Part shown: positions 1-10,195 of the stretch, one piece after another
Layout of the letters: every line of letters begins with the position of its first letter
Numbering within the stretch: the stretch's first letter is position 1
From: a virus
Taxonomy: Duplodnaviria > Heunggongvirae > Uroviricota > Caudoviricetes
Length of the DNA: 64,000 bases
Strand: one strand, 5' to 3'
IMG/VR virus record: IMGVR_UViG_2703718819_000006
Notes under the pieces: generated by a model
Database searches by the model: none
The model's input: the letters and a program-made list of their open reading frames with translations, nothing else
What the model was told of the DNA's origin: nothing
Made by a program: the position numbers and the translations under genes

Positions 1-219
1 AGCACCACGCGTAAGTAGCTCTATATGCTTTGCTATTTCCATTTGAATCTGAAGCCGCTCATATAGAGGCATAGAATCACCTACTCGAACACCGAGGCGG
101 CTCATCAAACTTCCGACACCAGCATCCACGTAAGGGATTCCGTAATGTTTGTCGATATATTTAGCCAGGGTTGTTTTCCCACTGCCCTGAGCACCAGTGA
201 TCCCAATCCGGTAATCCAT
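1..219 (-). CDS. P-loop nucleotide/nucleoside kinase-like protein (partial; C-terminal part lies beyond the window edge)
   Basis: Minus-strand ORF running off the left edge; my translation starts MDYRIGITGAQGSGKTTLAKYI (Walker A). Its ATG overlaps the DHFR stop (TAATG). Confidence 0.5.
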   Translation of the reverse strand, partial: MDYRIGITGAQGSGKTTLAKYIDKHYGIPYVDAGVGSLMSRLGVRVGDSMPLYERLQIQMEIAKHIELLTRGA

Positions 220-695
220 TACGACCTTCTGTATACGATCTGCGAAAAGCCAGGCTCTTCCTCGCTGGCTCGTTGGGTATAAGCTGTTTCAACAGGCACA
301 AAGCCTAAATTACGCATCATGCTTGCCGGGAAGAATGCATCGGCGTTTGGCACATCAACGCCGATGTGGGAGAGCCAAATCTCTTCAACATGCGGCATGA
401 ATAGCGAGTAAATTTGTTCCCCGCCAATCACCCACACAGGCTCTGGTAATCGCAACACATCATCCACACCAGCAGGGTAGAATCCATTTGGTACAAAGCC
501 ATGAGAGCGCGTCAAAACGAGGTTATGACGCTCTGGAAGAGGGCGTTTGAGACTTTCCATCGTTTTACGCCCCATAACGACAGTGGCGTTTTTGGTGAGT
601 CTCTTAAATAGCTTCAGATCGGTAGAACAACGCCAGGGCAGTTCGTTCGCTATGCCGATCTCATAGTTACGGCCAACAGCAGCTATCATCTTCAT
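219..695 (-). CDS. folA: dihydrofolate reductase
   Basis: 158 aa; MKMIAAVGRNYEIGIANELPWR and VIGGEQIY match DHFR motifs as I recall them; adjacent to thymidylate synthase. Confidence 0.8.
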   Translation of the reverse strand: MKMIAAVGRNYEIGIANELPWRCSTDLKLFKRLTKNATVVMGRKTMESLKRPLPERHNLVLTRSHGFVPNGFYPAGVDDVLRLPEPVWVIGGEQIYSLFMPHVEEIWLSHIGVDVPNADAFFPASMMRNLGFVPVETAYTQRASEEEPGFSQIVYRRS

Positions 696-1105
696 TTGCT
701 CACCTCATAGATGACCGGTCTATGATGAGAGTCAGCTAAAGCGGCACGGAGTCGAGGATCGTGCACCAGCGCAGCGATAAGCAGATCGCCTTTATGCTCC
801 GCTAATGTGCGCTTAATATGCTTCTCATAACTAGTGCTATTCGGTACGAGGTGAAGCCAGTCGTAATCAACACCAAAATCTTTCAGCCATCGTTTAGTGG
901 GCGCTTCAAGAGTTTCAGAGCGGCTACTGATAAGCACCACTTCAGCCCCTGAGCGAGCAAAACCACGCAACATACGGCTGGTGGGGAAAATGAGTTCATC
1001 ACCGGCAATGAATTGGCCTGCATCCGAGTCAGATACAGATTTACGATGGCTGGTATTTGCCAGCACACCTTCAATTTCGCATAAGACATACATACCTCTT
1101 GCCAT
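692..1105 (-). CDS. hypothetical protein, possibly divergent HAD-like hydrolase
   Basis: Likely start at the internal Met (MARGMYVLCEIEGVL), 2 nt downstream of the thyA stop. Motif order resembles the HAD fold, but the canonical DxDG is replaced by EIEG. Confidence 0.35.
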   Translation of the reverse strand: MARGMYVLCEIEGVLANTSHRKSVSDSDAGQFIAGDELIFPTSRMLRGFARSGAEVVLISSRSETLEAPTKRWLKDFGVDYDWLHLVPNSTSYEKHIKRTLAEHKGDLLIAALVHDPRLRAALADSHHRPVIYEVSK

Positions 1106-1106
1106 A

Positions 1107-2237
1107 TCACACCGCCACTGGAACCTTGATCCACGGTAGAGGGGCATAGCCAAGAATAAGAATCTCGTCCCATTTGAAATCATCCAGCTCAGACCATTCA
1201 TTAGGGAATATAACGACCGGATCTGAATGCTCTGGAGCCTGTCGTTGCATTAGCTCACACACACCTTCCATGTGGTTGTTGTACAAATGCACGTCAAAGC
1301 CAAAATGCACAAATGCACCGGCCATGTGACCCGTAATCTTCGCGAGAAAATGAGTGAGAATGCCATAGCCAGCAATATTGAATGGCATACCAACAAAAGT
1401 GTCTACGCTACGCTGTACGAGGCAGGAGTTGAGGATGCGTTTGGGGATTCCAAGTTCATCCAGTTCAGTTTCAGTAACACTGCCGTCCATCTCCAGATCG
1501 TATAGCATCTTGGTGTAGATAGACTCATAACCGAGGCGACTGTGTTGAAGACCAATGTCAGTTGCCATCGTTAAACGGGTTTCAAAATCCAGTTCACGAC
1601 TCCACAAAGAGAAGACAAAGTGGCAAGGTGGCAGTTTCATATCCTCAAGCTCGCCTACGTTCCATGCGTTAAGCATGATGCGACGATCGGTAGGGTTCGT
1701 GCGCAGTGTATCGACAATACGCTGTAGCTGATCGATTTCACGGGACAGCACTACGCGATCTTCACTGATACCCAGGTATCCCTCGACTTTGTACCCGCGT
1801 TCACGGAAAGTAGCGATCTTGCTCAGATATTCACTATGGCTCACGATGCGGGTATCTTCCCATCGACGCCACTGCTTACCGTAAACCGGCCCCAAATCGC
1901 CATTCTCATCGGCCCATGCATCCCAAATCTTAACGCCGTTATCCTTGAGAAATTGGATGTTGCCCGTGCCTTTCAGATACCACTCAAGTTCGACAAGCAG
2001 TGGCTTAAGATTTACCGCCTTTCCAGAAATAAGCGGCACAGTCCCACCAGTAAGCATGTAGTAAGAGGGAACGTAGCAGGTGCTTAAAGTACCAGTGCCT
2101 GTGCGATCATCAGCCTGCACGCCGCTTTTAAGCACCGTCTCAATAACTTTTGCATACGATGCGTTTGTTACCTGACCGTTCGTATGCTCACGATTCAAAA
2201 GGAGTGACACAAAAACCTCACAAAGATAAGTAACCAC
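1107..2237 (-). CDS. thyA: thymidylate synthase (with two insertions relative to E. coli ThyA)
   Basis: DDRTGTGT, GPVYGKQWR, RRIMLNAWN, LPPCHFVF (catalytic Cys) and DVHLYNNH motifs. The longest ORF starts with GTG at 2237; a GTG at 2210 with a GAGG Shine-Dalgarno is an alternative start. Confidence 0.9.
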   Translation of the reverse strand: MVTYLCEVFVSLLLNREHTNGQVTNASYAKVIETVLKSGVQADDRTGTGTLSTCYVPSYYMLTGGTVPLISGKAVNLKPLLVELEWYLKGTGNIQFLKDNGVKIWDAWADENGDLGPVYGKQWRRWEDTRIVSHSEYLSKIATFRERGYKVEGYLGISEDRVVLSREIDQLQRIVDTLRTNPTDRRIMLNAWNVGELEDMKLPPCHFVFSLWSRELDFETRLTMATDIGLQHSRLGYESIYTKMLYDLEMDGSVTETELDELGIPKRILNSCLVQRSVDTFVGMPFNIAGYGILTHFLAKITGHMAGAFVHFGFDVHLYNNHMEGVCELMQRQAPEHSDPVVIFPNEWSELDDFKWDEILILGYAPLPWIKVPVAV

Positions 2238-2242
2238 TTATT
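2225..2242. promoter_or_regulatory. copy of recurrent GATAAGTA...TACTTATC palindrome
   Basis: GATAAGTAACCACTTATT at the thyA 5' end; one of about 17 similar intergenic copies. Confidence 0.3.
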
Positions 2243-2285
2243 CATTAAGTGAGTTTACATTTATTGAGGGAACAAGGCCAGATAG

Positions 2286-2312
2286 ATAAAAAAATGGTGG
2301 CCATAGGCCACC
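2286..2312 (-). terminator. rho-independent terminator after gene 2382..3251
   Basis: Perfect 7-bp stem GGTGGCC/GGCCACC with ATA loop, followed on the minus strand by a T-run. Confidence 0.6.
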
Positions 2313-2381
2313 AAAAACGAATAGTTGTTTCAGAAATTTAACGCGCCAGCGCAATATACACAGATAGATAACTACCTACAA

Positions 2382-3251
2382 TTATTTTTTGATCATTCCG
2401 TACATTGCTGAGGCTTTAGCTTGCTCAACAAAGGAGGATAAATCGACATCACTATAGGTTGGAGACTTCAGAATCTTTCCATCGGAAATTCGAAAACCGA
2501 TCATCTTATCGGTGCCATCAGCATGGCGAAATCCCAGGTCAGAAGAGTCGTATTTGCAGTTGGCCACAGCATGGCGACGCTCTTCGGCATCTGCAGGCCA
2601 TAATTTTGTCATGTTGGACCGATGAATTTCGCCAACCAGCTCGACGACATTGATACCGAGAAAATCAGCCAGTCGATAAGTCATCATGCACGCCACATAG
2701 ATTTTGTTCATTACACGGCGCAGTTCCTGAATCAGCTCAGAATCCTTAACAGTCTTCTTCTCAAGTTTATCTGCCAGCTCTTCGAGCATACATGACGCCT
2801 CACGAGCTTCCTGAAATGGCATTGCCATATCATCGAAAACAGTGTTACCAGGCACAAAAATTGTCTGCATAAAGCGATCAATGCTCTGTTCCTGCGTGTA
2901 ATAAGTCATGCCGGTAGAAATACCACCTTTGATGGCGACCATCGTACCAACACCAACGTATAAAAAGTCGGCCATTGCATCCAGCAGTTGCTCAATATCC
3001 CCATTCATTGCGGCTGGAATACCTTCCACTACAGCTTCTTCATGAATCAGGCTTGCACGGAGACGAAGCAGCTCTGGTGTCGGCATAACGCGTCTCGGAT
3101 GCTGGAAGAGTTCATGAAACTGATCGACCATCTTGTAAATACTTTCAGTGGCTACACCATGGCCTTCATGCAATTCATATGGTTCTGGCTTAAATCCAAT
3201 GAGTCGATCGGTGGCAAGTTTCAGGTGGTCAGTCAGTTTGGTAAAGTTCAT
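2382..3251 (-). CDS. putative MazG-like nucleoside triphosphate pyrophosphohydrolase (tandem all-alpha domains)
   Basis: 289 aa; two regions with an E-x-x-E ... E-x-x-D acidic pattern (IHEEAVVEG...IEQLLDAMAD; LEELADKLEKK...). Assignment by motif pattern only. Confidence 0.4.
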   Translation of the reverse strand: MNFTKLTDHLKLATDRLIGFKPEPYELHEGHGVATESIYKMVDQFHELFQHPRRVMPTPELLRLRASLIHEEAVVEGIPAAMNGDIEQLLDAMADFLYVGVGTMVAIKGGISTGMTYYTQEQSIDRFMQTIFVPGNTVFDDMAMPFQEAREASCMLEELADKLEKKTVKDSELIQELRRVMNKIYVACMMTYRLADFLGINVVELVGEIHRSNMTKLWPADAEERRHAVANCKYDSSDLGFRHADGTDKMIGFRISDGKILKSPTYSDVDLSSFVEQAKASAMYGMIKK

Positions 3252-3328
3252 GCTAGTTTTGTTCCTTCTTAATTCTTGTGATCCATTGTGGCCCAGCGTT
3301 GCCAGGCCACATAATGCTTTGTATCGGT

Positions 3329-4471
3329 TTACAGGTCTGCAAACTGGCTTAGAGAAGCCTTATCCACGGTAGAATCGATCTGACCTACCAGATATGTGCT
3401 TTGCTCTGCCTCTTGTGGTGCAATTTGCAGTGTGTCGGTTAACAACCACTTGTTCATCCAGACCAGCGGATCAGTGGTAACTTCTGGAAATAAAGCCTTC
3501 AGGCCAAGACGATTCATAGCCAGATTGGTGCGGTATTTTACATAGGTTTTGAGAATATCCGCGTTTAAACCAATCATCGAACCGTCTTTGAAGAGATAGT
3601 CGGCCCAGTTCATTTCTTGTTCGGCGACTGATTTCATGGTGTCGTAAATGACGTTTTCTTCATCAGCAGCAATCTCTTTCCACAATAAACCTTCGCGACC
3701 GGTACGCATGAAGCGGATCATGCGTTCAGTTCCTTCGCAATGCAGAGCTTCATCACGGGCAATAAAGCGCATAATTTTGGTGTTACCCTCAAGCAACTTC
3801 CGTTCACCAAAGGCAAACGTACATGCAAAACTTACGTAGAAACGGATCGCCTCAAGCGCATTAATGGACACCAACGTGCGGAAAAGCTGACGATGCAAAG
3901 GGTATGGCTCCCAGCCATATTCATTTACGTACAGACGCTCAAATTCCTTCTCACCTAACGACTGGCGCTCGCAGGTCATCCCATAAAGCCTGTCATATTC
4001 AGCAGAGATACTGATCGCTCGGTTGATGATTTCTTCATCCGTAACAATACCGTCAAAAACAATACTCGGATCGTCCACCATGCCACGAATAATGTGGGTG
4101 TAGCTGCGGCTATGGATAGTCTCAGAGAAAGACCACGTTTCAACCCACGTTTCCAGTTCAGGAATAGAGATAAGCGGCAGCAGCGTTGCATTTGGACTAC
4201 GTCCCTGAACTGAATCGAGTAACGTTTGATAACGGAGATTGCTCAGAAAAATGTGACGTTCGTGGTCCCGCAGCTTCGTGTTGAAGTCGATACGATCGCT
4301 CGAAATATCAACTTCTTCCGGCCGCCAGAAGAAAGACAATTGACGTTCAATCAACTTTTCAAAATCACGGTATTTTTGCTGATCGTAACGTGCCACGTTG
4401 ACAGATTGTCCGAGGAACATAGGCTCTTTGGTTGCATCATTAGCACCCAAACGGAACGTTGAATATGACAT
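3329..4471 (-). CDS. nrdB: ribonucleotide reductase class Ia beta subunit
   Basis: 380 aa; N-terminus [55 protein letters not shown] closely parallels E. coli NrdB as recalled. Confidence 0.95.
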   Translation of the reverse strand: MSYSTFRLGANDATKEPMFLGQSVNVARYDQQKYRDFEKLIERQLSFFWRPEEVDISSDRIDFNTKLRDHERHIFLSNLRYQTLLDSVQGRSPNATLLPLISIPELETWVETWSFSETIHSRSYTHIIRGMVDDPSIVFDGIVTDEEIINRAISISAEYDRLYGMTCERQSLGEKEFERLYVNEYGWEPYPLHRQLFRTLVSINALEAIRFYVSFACTFAFGERKLLEGNTKIMRFIARDEALHCEGTERMIRFMRTGREGLLWKEIAADEENVIYDTMKSVAEQEMNWADYLFKDGSMIGLNADILKTYVKYRTNLAMNRLGLKALFPEVTTDPLVWMNKWLLTDTLQIAPQEAEQSTYLVGQIDSTVDKASLSQFADL

Positions 4472-4496
4472 GTGTTTTTCCTTTTTCTTTTTTGGT

Positions 4497-4517
4497 GCGT
4501 TTAAACAAGTTGTTATC
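4497..4517. promoter_or_regulatory. AACAAnTTGTT palindrome upstream of nrdB
   Basis: Minus-strand GATAACAACTTGTTTAAAC about 30 nt upstream of the nrdB ATG; similar sites at 18315-18332, 44135-44151, 47067-47084. Confidence 0.3.
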
Positions 4518-4577
4518 TTATGTGTTTAAACAAGGCTTACAAATCAAAGAGAAGGTGGGGATATCCCCCACCATATG

Positions 4578-6893
4578 TCAGATTTTGCAGGCTCCGTCGC
4601 ACTCATCTTCTGGCTCGACGGCTACAGCTTGCGTCAGTGGATTCTGCGGTTCGTCGTCATCACGCTTTCCTGCCCCATCTCTGGTGTTGTGGTAGTAAAG
4701 CGTTTTAACTCCCATCTTGTAGGCGAGAAGCAAATCTGACAGTAGCGTCATCATTGGGACTTTATCGCCTTCAAAGCGAGAAGGGTCATAGTTGGTATTG
4801 GCTGAAATAGCCTGGTCAAAGAACTTCTGGATGATCGCCACCTTTGTCAGATAGCCGCGGTTGTCCGGCATATCCCACAGGTATTCATACTGTTCCTTCA
4901 GTTTTTCAAACTCAGGCACGACCATCTTGACGATGCCGTCCTTAGAAGATTTCACTGACACCGGGCCACGAGGCGGTTCGATGCCGTTGGTGGAATTAGT
5001 GATCTGGCTGGAAGTCTCGCATGGCATTTGTGCCGTCAGTGTGGAGTTGCGAAGGCCGTATTTTGCAATACGTTCACGCAGTTCTTCCCACGGCATCTTT
5101 AACTCAAAGTTGGTTTCGCCACTTTCGTCTAATGAAGAACGGTAATGGTCGATCGGCAACTGACCAATTGCGTATTTGGTCTGCTCAAACCAGTCACACT
5201 CACCTTTTGCTTCAGCAAGTCGGCAGCTGGCATCAAGAAGGTAATACTGGATAGCTTCGAACGTTTCATGCACCAGTTTATTGCCAGCGGTATCAGAATA
5301 ACGAACGCCATTCTTTGCCAGGTAATAAGCAAAGTTGGTTACACCAATTCCCAAGCTACGACGAGCTTTGGCAGGCACTTCGGCTGCCTCCATCGGATAG
5401 TCTTGATAATCCAGTAACGAATCCAGTGCAGCAACGGCATAGAACGCCACCTCTTTAAGAGACTCCAGTGAACGGATGGCTCCGAGGTTAAAAGCGGATA
5501 AAGTGCATAGCGCGATCTCACCGTTCGGGTCGTCGGTAAATGCCAGTGGACGGGTGGGTAGGGTGATCTCCATACACAGGTTTGACTGGCGAACAGGTGC
5601 AAGAGCAGGAATGAAAGCGCCATGCTCATTAATATGATCGACGTTCGCAATATAAATTCGGCCCGTGGACGCTCGTTCCTGCATCAGAGATGAGAACAGC
5701 TCAATGGCAGGTACTGACTTCTTGCGAATTGAATCATCGGCTTCGTATTTATGGTACAGCTTTTCAAACAGCTCCTGGTCTGTGAAGAAGGCTTCGTACA
5801 TATCAGGCACATCATGCGGGCTGAACAGAGTGATGTTCTCGCTTCTGACGAGTCGACGGTACATTAGACGGTTACTCATGACGCCGTAATCAAGATGGCG
5901 AACGCGGTTTTCATCAATACCACGGTTATTTTTCACCACCAGCAGACTTTCAACTTCAAGATGCCAGATCGGGTAAAACGCTGTTGCTGCGCCACCACGA
6001 ACACCACCTTGCGAACAAGATTTAACAGCCGTCTGGAAATGCTTCAGGAATGGAATAACTCCAGTATGGGTGGCTTCACCATTGCGGATCTCGCTGCCCA
6101 GCGCACGGATACGGCCAAAACCAATACCAATTCCAGCACGACGTGAAACGTAGTCGATAATTGCGGCTGAAGCTGCACTAATCCCTTTCAGACTATCGCC
6201 AGACTCAATCAGCACACAACTGGAGAACTGACGGGTTGGAGTACGGACGCCGGCCATGATTGGTGTGGGCAGAGACAGTTTGAACGTACTTGTAACGTCA
6301 TAGAAACCTTTGACCATCTCCATACGTGTTTTGCCAGCGCAGTCGTCTTCCCAATTCTGGAACAGACACATGCCTACCAGCATATAGATATGTTGCGGTC
6401 CCTCATGAATCTCACCAGTAACACGGTTTTGAACGAGGTATTTGCTTTGCAACTGCACCGTAGCTGCATAGCCAAAAAGATCGTCACGTTTCGGCTTAAT
6501 GTAATTGCCGAGTTCTTCGATCTCTTCAAACGAATAATGTGTCAGCAAATCCTTGTCATAAACGCCCTTGTTAACGTTCTTGACAATGTGTTGGTAGAAG
6601 TTCGGATAGTCGTAACGACCGAAGGCATCTTTGCGGATTTTAAAAATGTTCAGGCGGGCAGCCACCTGTGAGTAATTTGGTGCTTCTGGTGAGATCAAAT
6701 CAGCGGCAGATTTAACCAAAGCCTCATGCAACTGGCTGGTGGTCATCCCATCAAAAATGCTGGCCGCAGCTCCCATTGCTACAGCGGATGCGCTTACACC
6801 ACGAATGCCTTCTACGCCATACATTACGACGCGGTTGTATTTTTCTTCGGATAACGGCTCTGTTTGGCCGTTACGTTTTACGATGCTTATCAT
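4578..6893 (-). CDS. nrdA: ribonucleotide reductase class Ia alpha subunit
   Basis: 771 aa; contains SLPTPIMAGVRTPTRQFSSCVLIE, KSCSQGGVRGGAATAFYPIWHLEVESLL, NLCMEI and C-terminal CDGACKI motifs of NrdA. Confidence 0.95.
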   Translation of the reverse strand: MISIVKRNGQTEPLSEEKYNRVVMYGVEGIRGVSASAVAMGAAASIFDGMTTSQLHEALVKSAADLISPEAPNYSQVAARLNIFKIRKDAFGRYDYPNFYQHIVKNVNKGVYDKDLLTHYSFEEIEELGNYIKPKRDDLFGYAATVQLQSKYLVQNRVTGEIHEGPQHIYMLVGMCLFQNWEDDCAGKTRMEMVKGFYDVTSTFKLSLPTPIMAGVRTPTRQFSSCVLIESGDSLKGISAASAAIIDYVSRRAGIGIGFGRIRALGSEIRNGEATHTGVIPFLKHFQTAVKSCSQGGVRGGAATAFYPIWHLEVESLLVVKNNRGIDENRVRHLDYGVMSNRLMYRRLVRSENITLFSPHDVPDMYEAFFTDQELFEKLYHKYEADDSIRKKSVPAIELFSSLMQERASTGRIYIANVDHINEHGAFIPALAPVRQSNLCMEITLPTRPLAFTDDPNGEIALCTLSAFNLGAIRSLESLKEVAFYAVAALDSLLDYQDYPMEAAEVPAKARRSLGIGVTNFAYYLAKNGVRYSDTAGNKLVHETFEAIQYYLLDASCRLAEAKGECDWFEQTKYAIGQLPIDHYRSSLDESGETNFELKMPWEELRERIAKYGLRNSTLTAQMPCETSSQITNSTNGIEPPRGPVSVKSSKDGIVKMVVPEFEKLKEQYEYLWDMPDNRGYLTKVAIIQKFFDQAISANTNYDPSRFEGDKVPMMTLLSDLLLAYKMGVKTLYYHNTRDGAGKRDDDEPQNPLTQAVAVEPEDECDGACKI

Positions 6894-6966
6894 GTATCAC
6901 CAAATAAAGAGGGCCACTAAATATAGTGGCTCATGTTAATAGATAAGCACTTACCTATCAATGAAA

Positions 6967-7536
6967 TCAAATGAGAGACTTAAGAACATCGCGCACCTGG
7001 CGGAACTGATCTGTTTGCATACCGGTATGGATGGCAGCCACCGCATCAGCCAAATGTTCGTTTTTGTTCACGAGAACATCCTGTCCAGATTGCTTACGAC
7101 GCAGCCACGGTGCTTTAGGGTGTTTTTTCGTAGCCCACTGGATAATCTCTTCTTTCGATGTAGTAAGTTTATTGCCGACAAAATGCTTGATTTCGTTTGG
7201 AGTAACCTGGATCAATGGCTTATCCACACACGCAAGTACACCGATACAAATACCGTAAGACGTCTGCGAACGAGAGTTTTGGCTCCCAACCGGTAGCTCA
7301 CAAAAAACCATATTTGCCTTATCAATGATTGGCTTCGCAACACGCCATATTTCACTGGCTCGGCGCAGATCGTCACTGTTCACACGAACGGTCTTTTTGT
7401 TACTCCCCGCTTTAGTCTCAACAAGAGTAAGGCCGTGAATCTCAAGTTCGTCCGTCTCAAGGTCTAAAGTGCCCACAGCAAGCCCAAAGTTGCTCATTGA
7501 GGGATCAACACCAACTACGCTGATTTTTTTACTCAT
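6967..7536 (-). CDS. RuvC-like Holliday junction resolvase
   Basis: 189 aa; N-terminus VVGVDPSMSNFGLAVG resembles the RuvC first strand (ILGIDPG...); C-terminal HLADAVAAIHTG. Confidence 0.6.
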   Translation of the reverse strand: MSKKISVVGVDPSMSNFGLAVGTLDLETDELEIHGLTLVETKAGSNKKTVRVNSDDLRRASEIWRVAKPIIDKANMVFCELPVGSQNSRSQTSYGICIGVLACVDKPLIQVTPNEIKHFVGNKLTTSKEEIIQWATKKHPKAPWLRRKQSGQDVLVNKNEHLADAVAAIHTGMQTDQFRQVRDVLKSLI

Positions 7537-7545
7537 ATAGTCTCC

Positions 7546-8289
7546 TTACCATGTTCCCCATATAGGGTTTTCCAATAATCTCGCCTCCAACGAATTGGCT
7601 ACTATTGCCGTTTGCAACGTTGGTTGGGGATAGTTTGCAAAGTCTGAATACTCATTTTCCTGCGTGACACGTTTATCTGCGGCATGTTTAACACCACTTG
7701 CTATGAAATGACGCATGATGCCCAACAGCCTCCGACTGTCTGCACTATCGTTTGCTAAAACATGAGGGAGCTGAAGTTCGATTTCTACCATTTCTCCATA
7801 CTTACCAACAAACTGTAGTTTGTCCGCACTGTACTTTTTATCCCTCCTTTGGATAAGGAAACCAGTAAAAGCATCACCTGGCGATGCCAAACTATCCACC
7901 CGCTTATTGGCAAGTCGAATAAGGTTCGTGAAAGCCATACAGTGATGCGCACCCATTCCCCCAAAGAACCCTTCGCTATTAATGTTAAGATCTTCAGTTT
8001 CATGGGATGCAATAAACCCAGGCCCGACGTTGGGAAGATATCCCCCCTCAACAAAAGGATTAATCAGGATCGGCGCAATACATCCAGGTGGTAGTGATTT
8101 CAAACTTTGCATCAATGGCGTCTCGGATATTAGACCAAGCAACGCGGCGAATTGTACTCCGTCAATATTGTTGCTGCCCCACAGAATACGTGGAGCCGCA
8201 CCATTGGAAGTATGCCCATTGATCAGTTTTATCGACTGCATCACTGCAAATACCTGCAAAAACTGCGAGCGGCTTAATTTAAACGACAT
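7546..8289 (-). CDS. hypothetical protein
   Basis: 247-aa ORF coupled to neighbours in the recombination cluster; no motif I can assign. Confidence 0.5.
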   Translation of the reverse strand: MSFKLSRSQFLQVFAVMQSIKLINGHTSNGAAPRILWGSNNIDGVQFAALLGLISETPLMQSLKSLPPGCIAPILINPFVEGGYLPNVGPGFIASHETEDLNINSEGFFGGMGAHHCMAFTNLIRLANKRVDSLASPGDAFTGFLIQRRDKKYSADKLQFVGKYGEMVEIELQLPHVLANDSADSRRLLGIMRHFIASGVKHAADKRVTQENEYSDFANYPQPTLQTAIVANSLEARLLENPIWGTW

Positions 8290-10195
8290 AGCTGCGCCCC
8301 TCTTTAACTTCCAGCGTAATAGTTTCCCGGAACCATGACTTCATCTCTTTATGGGAGATAATCAGCACAGTACCTCGCTCGCGAGCTTTGGACTCCAAAA
8401 TACCCATGAGGCGTTCAAGACCGGCTGTATCGAGTGCATCGTCAATTTCGTCGCCGATAAACAAATCGATGTTTTTACTCGCCCGGTTACTAACCAGATC
8501 CTGCAATGCCAAAGAACACGCAATGCGAACCTTCCGCTTCTCACCACCAGAGAGGGTCTGGAACGACTTACTTGAACCTTTCTTCTGCACACTAATGTTG
8601 AATTTGTCGCGATACTCACCTTTTTTAGTGACATCCATCGTCGACCACTCAGCAGTAATATTCCCGTCAGACAACGTATTGAGATACTCGGCAGTGCGTG
8701 TATTCAGGAAAGGCGTAACAGACGTCAAAATATGAGAACGCACCCCGGCAGGAGAGTAGACCTGACGAGCTTTTTCCAATAGCAACGTTTGTTCCTGAAT
8801 AGCCTTCAACTCATCTTTTAAGGACTTGAAGGTAGACTTACTGGATACCAGGTTATCTTCGTGTCTGGCGATAAGAGCAATAAACGGATTAATCTCTTTT
8901 GATATACGATCGACCTCAGTACGAGCACGAGTCACAAGAGACTCAATAGCAACAACCTCCTTCTCACGATGACGCAAAGATGAGAGTTGTTTCGTAAGCT
9001 CTTCAATCCGGGCAATGATAGCCGTTACATCAGGTGTCGTTTTAACAAGGGCAGACTCAATGCTTAACGCCTTCTCAAGATTCGTTTTGTGTTTAGCCAT
9101 TGCCTCTGCAAGTGTCTTCGCCTGACCAATTTCCTGACGTGCTTGTTCAATGAAATTCTCCTTCACCGTTGATAGATCTTCTTCGCAGTAGGCTTTGCCA
9201 CAAGTAGGGCATGGTGATCCCACTTTAGTACCAACCTCTTCTGCTTTGGTCTTAAAATTACGCGCGCGGTTCATTGCATCAGCCTGACTATTTTCTGTAG
9301 CGTTGATGCTTGCCCGAATATCAGTTATCGCACCACGAACTTTGAGCAACTTGGCGTCATGTTCTTCTTTTGAGGCTAACTTTTTGCGCTCACTTTCGAT
9401 TGCCTTCTCGGTATCACGGATCTGTTCGGGAAGAGTGCGGATCTCAAGTTCAACTTCCGTTAACTCAACTTCGGCACTGGCCAGCCCAGCCAGGGCATCG
9501 TCATAACGTTTAGAACGCTCTTGCTCCCATGATTCAGAGGAGGCTTTCGCTGACTCAATTTCTGACTGTGTTGCCTCAATGGTCGAGATTGTCGACTCCA
9601 ATTTGGTTTTAACCACATCCATACGTGCGGCAGCTGCATTAGCTCGCTCACGAGCAATAGCGTAGGCGCGTGTCAGTCTGTCAACGCCAGCGGCTTCTTC
9701 TACGATGGTTTTGAGGTTTTTGTCGGACATTCCAGGTAAATCTGGCATAGCTTCTTGGCTCGCATAGATGGAAGCCATGAAAACCTCTTTAGATGCACCG
9801 ATCAGACGCTCGACGAACTCTTGCGTCAGCGCATCTTTGCCTTTCGTCATATCGCCGTCTTCACCACGAACGATAAGCCGATTTTTGAACTCTTTGTGTT
9901 TACGGTGACGAATGATCGCATATCTCTTGCCTTCATCCTCGATGGTTACTGCAACACGACAGTTCTTTTCATGGTCGGTAGACAACACATCGTCACCCTT
10001 CACACCATGAGCTGTTTCGCCATAAAGACACCACATCAGGCTATTCATTAGCGTTGACTTTCCAGAGCCATTACTTGATGCGGAACTATCATCACTATTA
10101 ACACCCTGAATGAGTACTAAACCACGCTGATCTAACTCGACCTCCGCGCTGGCGATAGCCATAAAATTCTCAACCTGGAGCTTTAAAAACTTCAT
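8279..10195 (-). CDS. sbcC: SbcC/Rad50-like recombination ATPase
   Basis: 638 aa; N-terminal Walker A (GVNSDDSSASSNGSGKSTLMNSL), long central coiled-coil, C-terminal signature region (LSGGEKRKVRIACSLAL...FIGDEIDDALD). Confidence 0.85.
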   Translation of the reverse strand: MKFLKLQVENFMAIASAEVELDQRGLVLIQGVNSDDSSASSNGSGKSTLMNSLMWCLYGETAHGVKGDDVLSTDHEKNCRVAVTIEDEGKRYAIIRHRKHKEFKNRLIVRGEDGDMTKGKDALTQEFVERLIGASKEVFMASIYASQEAMPDLPGMSDKNLKTIVEEAAGVDRLTRAYAIARERANAAAARMDVVKTKLESTISTIEATQSEIESAKASSESWEQERSKRYDDALAGLASAEVELTEVELEIRTLPEQIRDTEKAIESERKKLASKEEHDAKLLKVRGAITDIRASINATENSQADAMNRARNFKTKAEEVGTKVGSPCPTCGKAYCEEDLSTVKENFIEQARQEIGQAKTLAEAMAKHKTNLEKALSIESALVKTTPDVTAIIARIEELTKQLSSLRHREKEVVAIESLVTRARTEVDRISKEINPFIALIARHEDNLVSSKSTFKSLKDELKAIQEQTLLLEKARQVYSPAGVRSHILTSVTPFLNTRTAEYLNTLSDGNITAEWSTMDVTKKGEYRDKFNISVQKKGSSKSFQTLSGGEKRKVRIACSLALQDLVSNRASKNIDLFIGDEIDDALDTAGLERLMGILESKARERGTVLIISHKEMKSWFRETITLEVKEGRSYVV

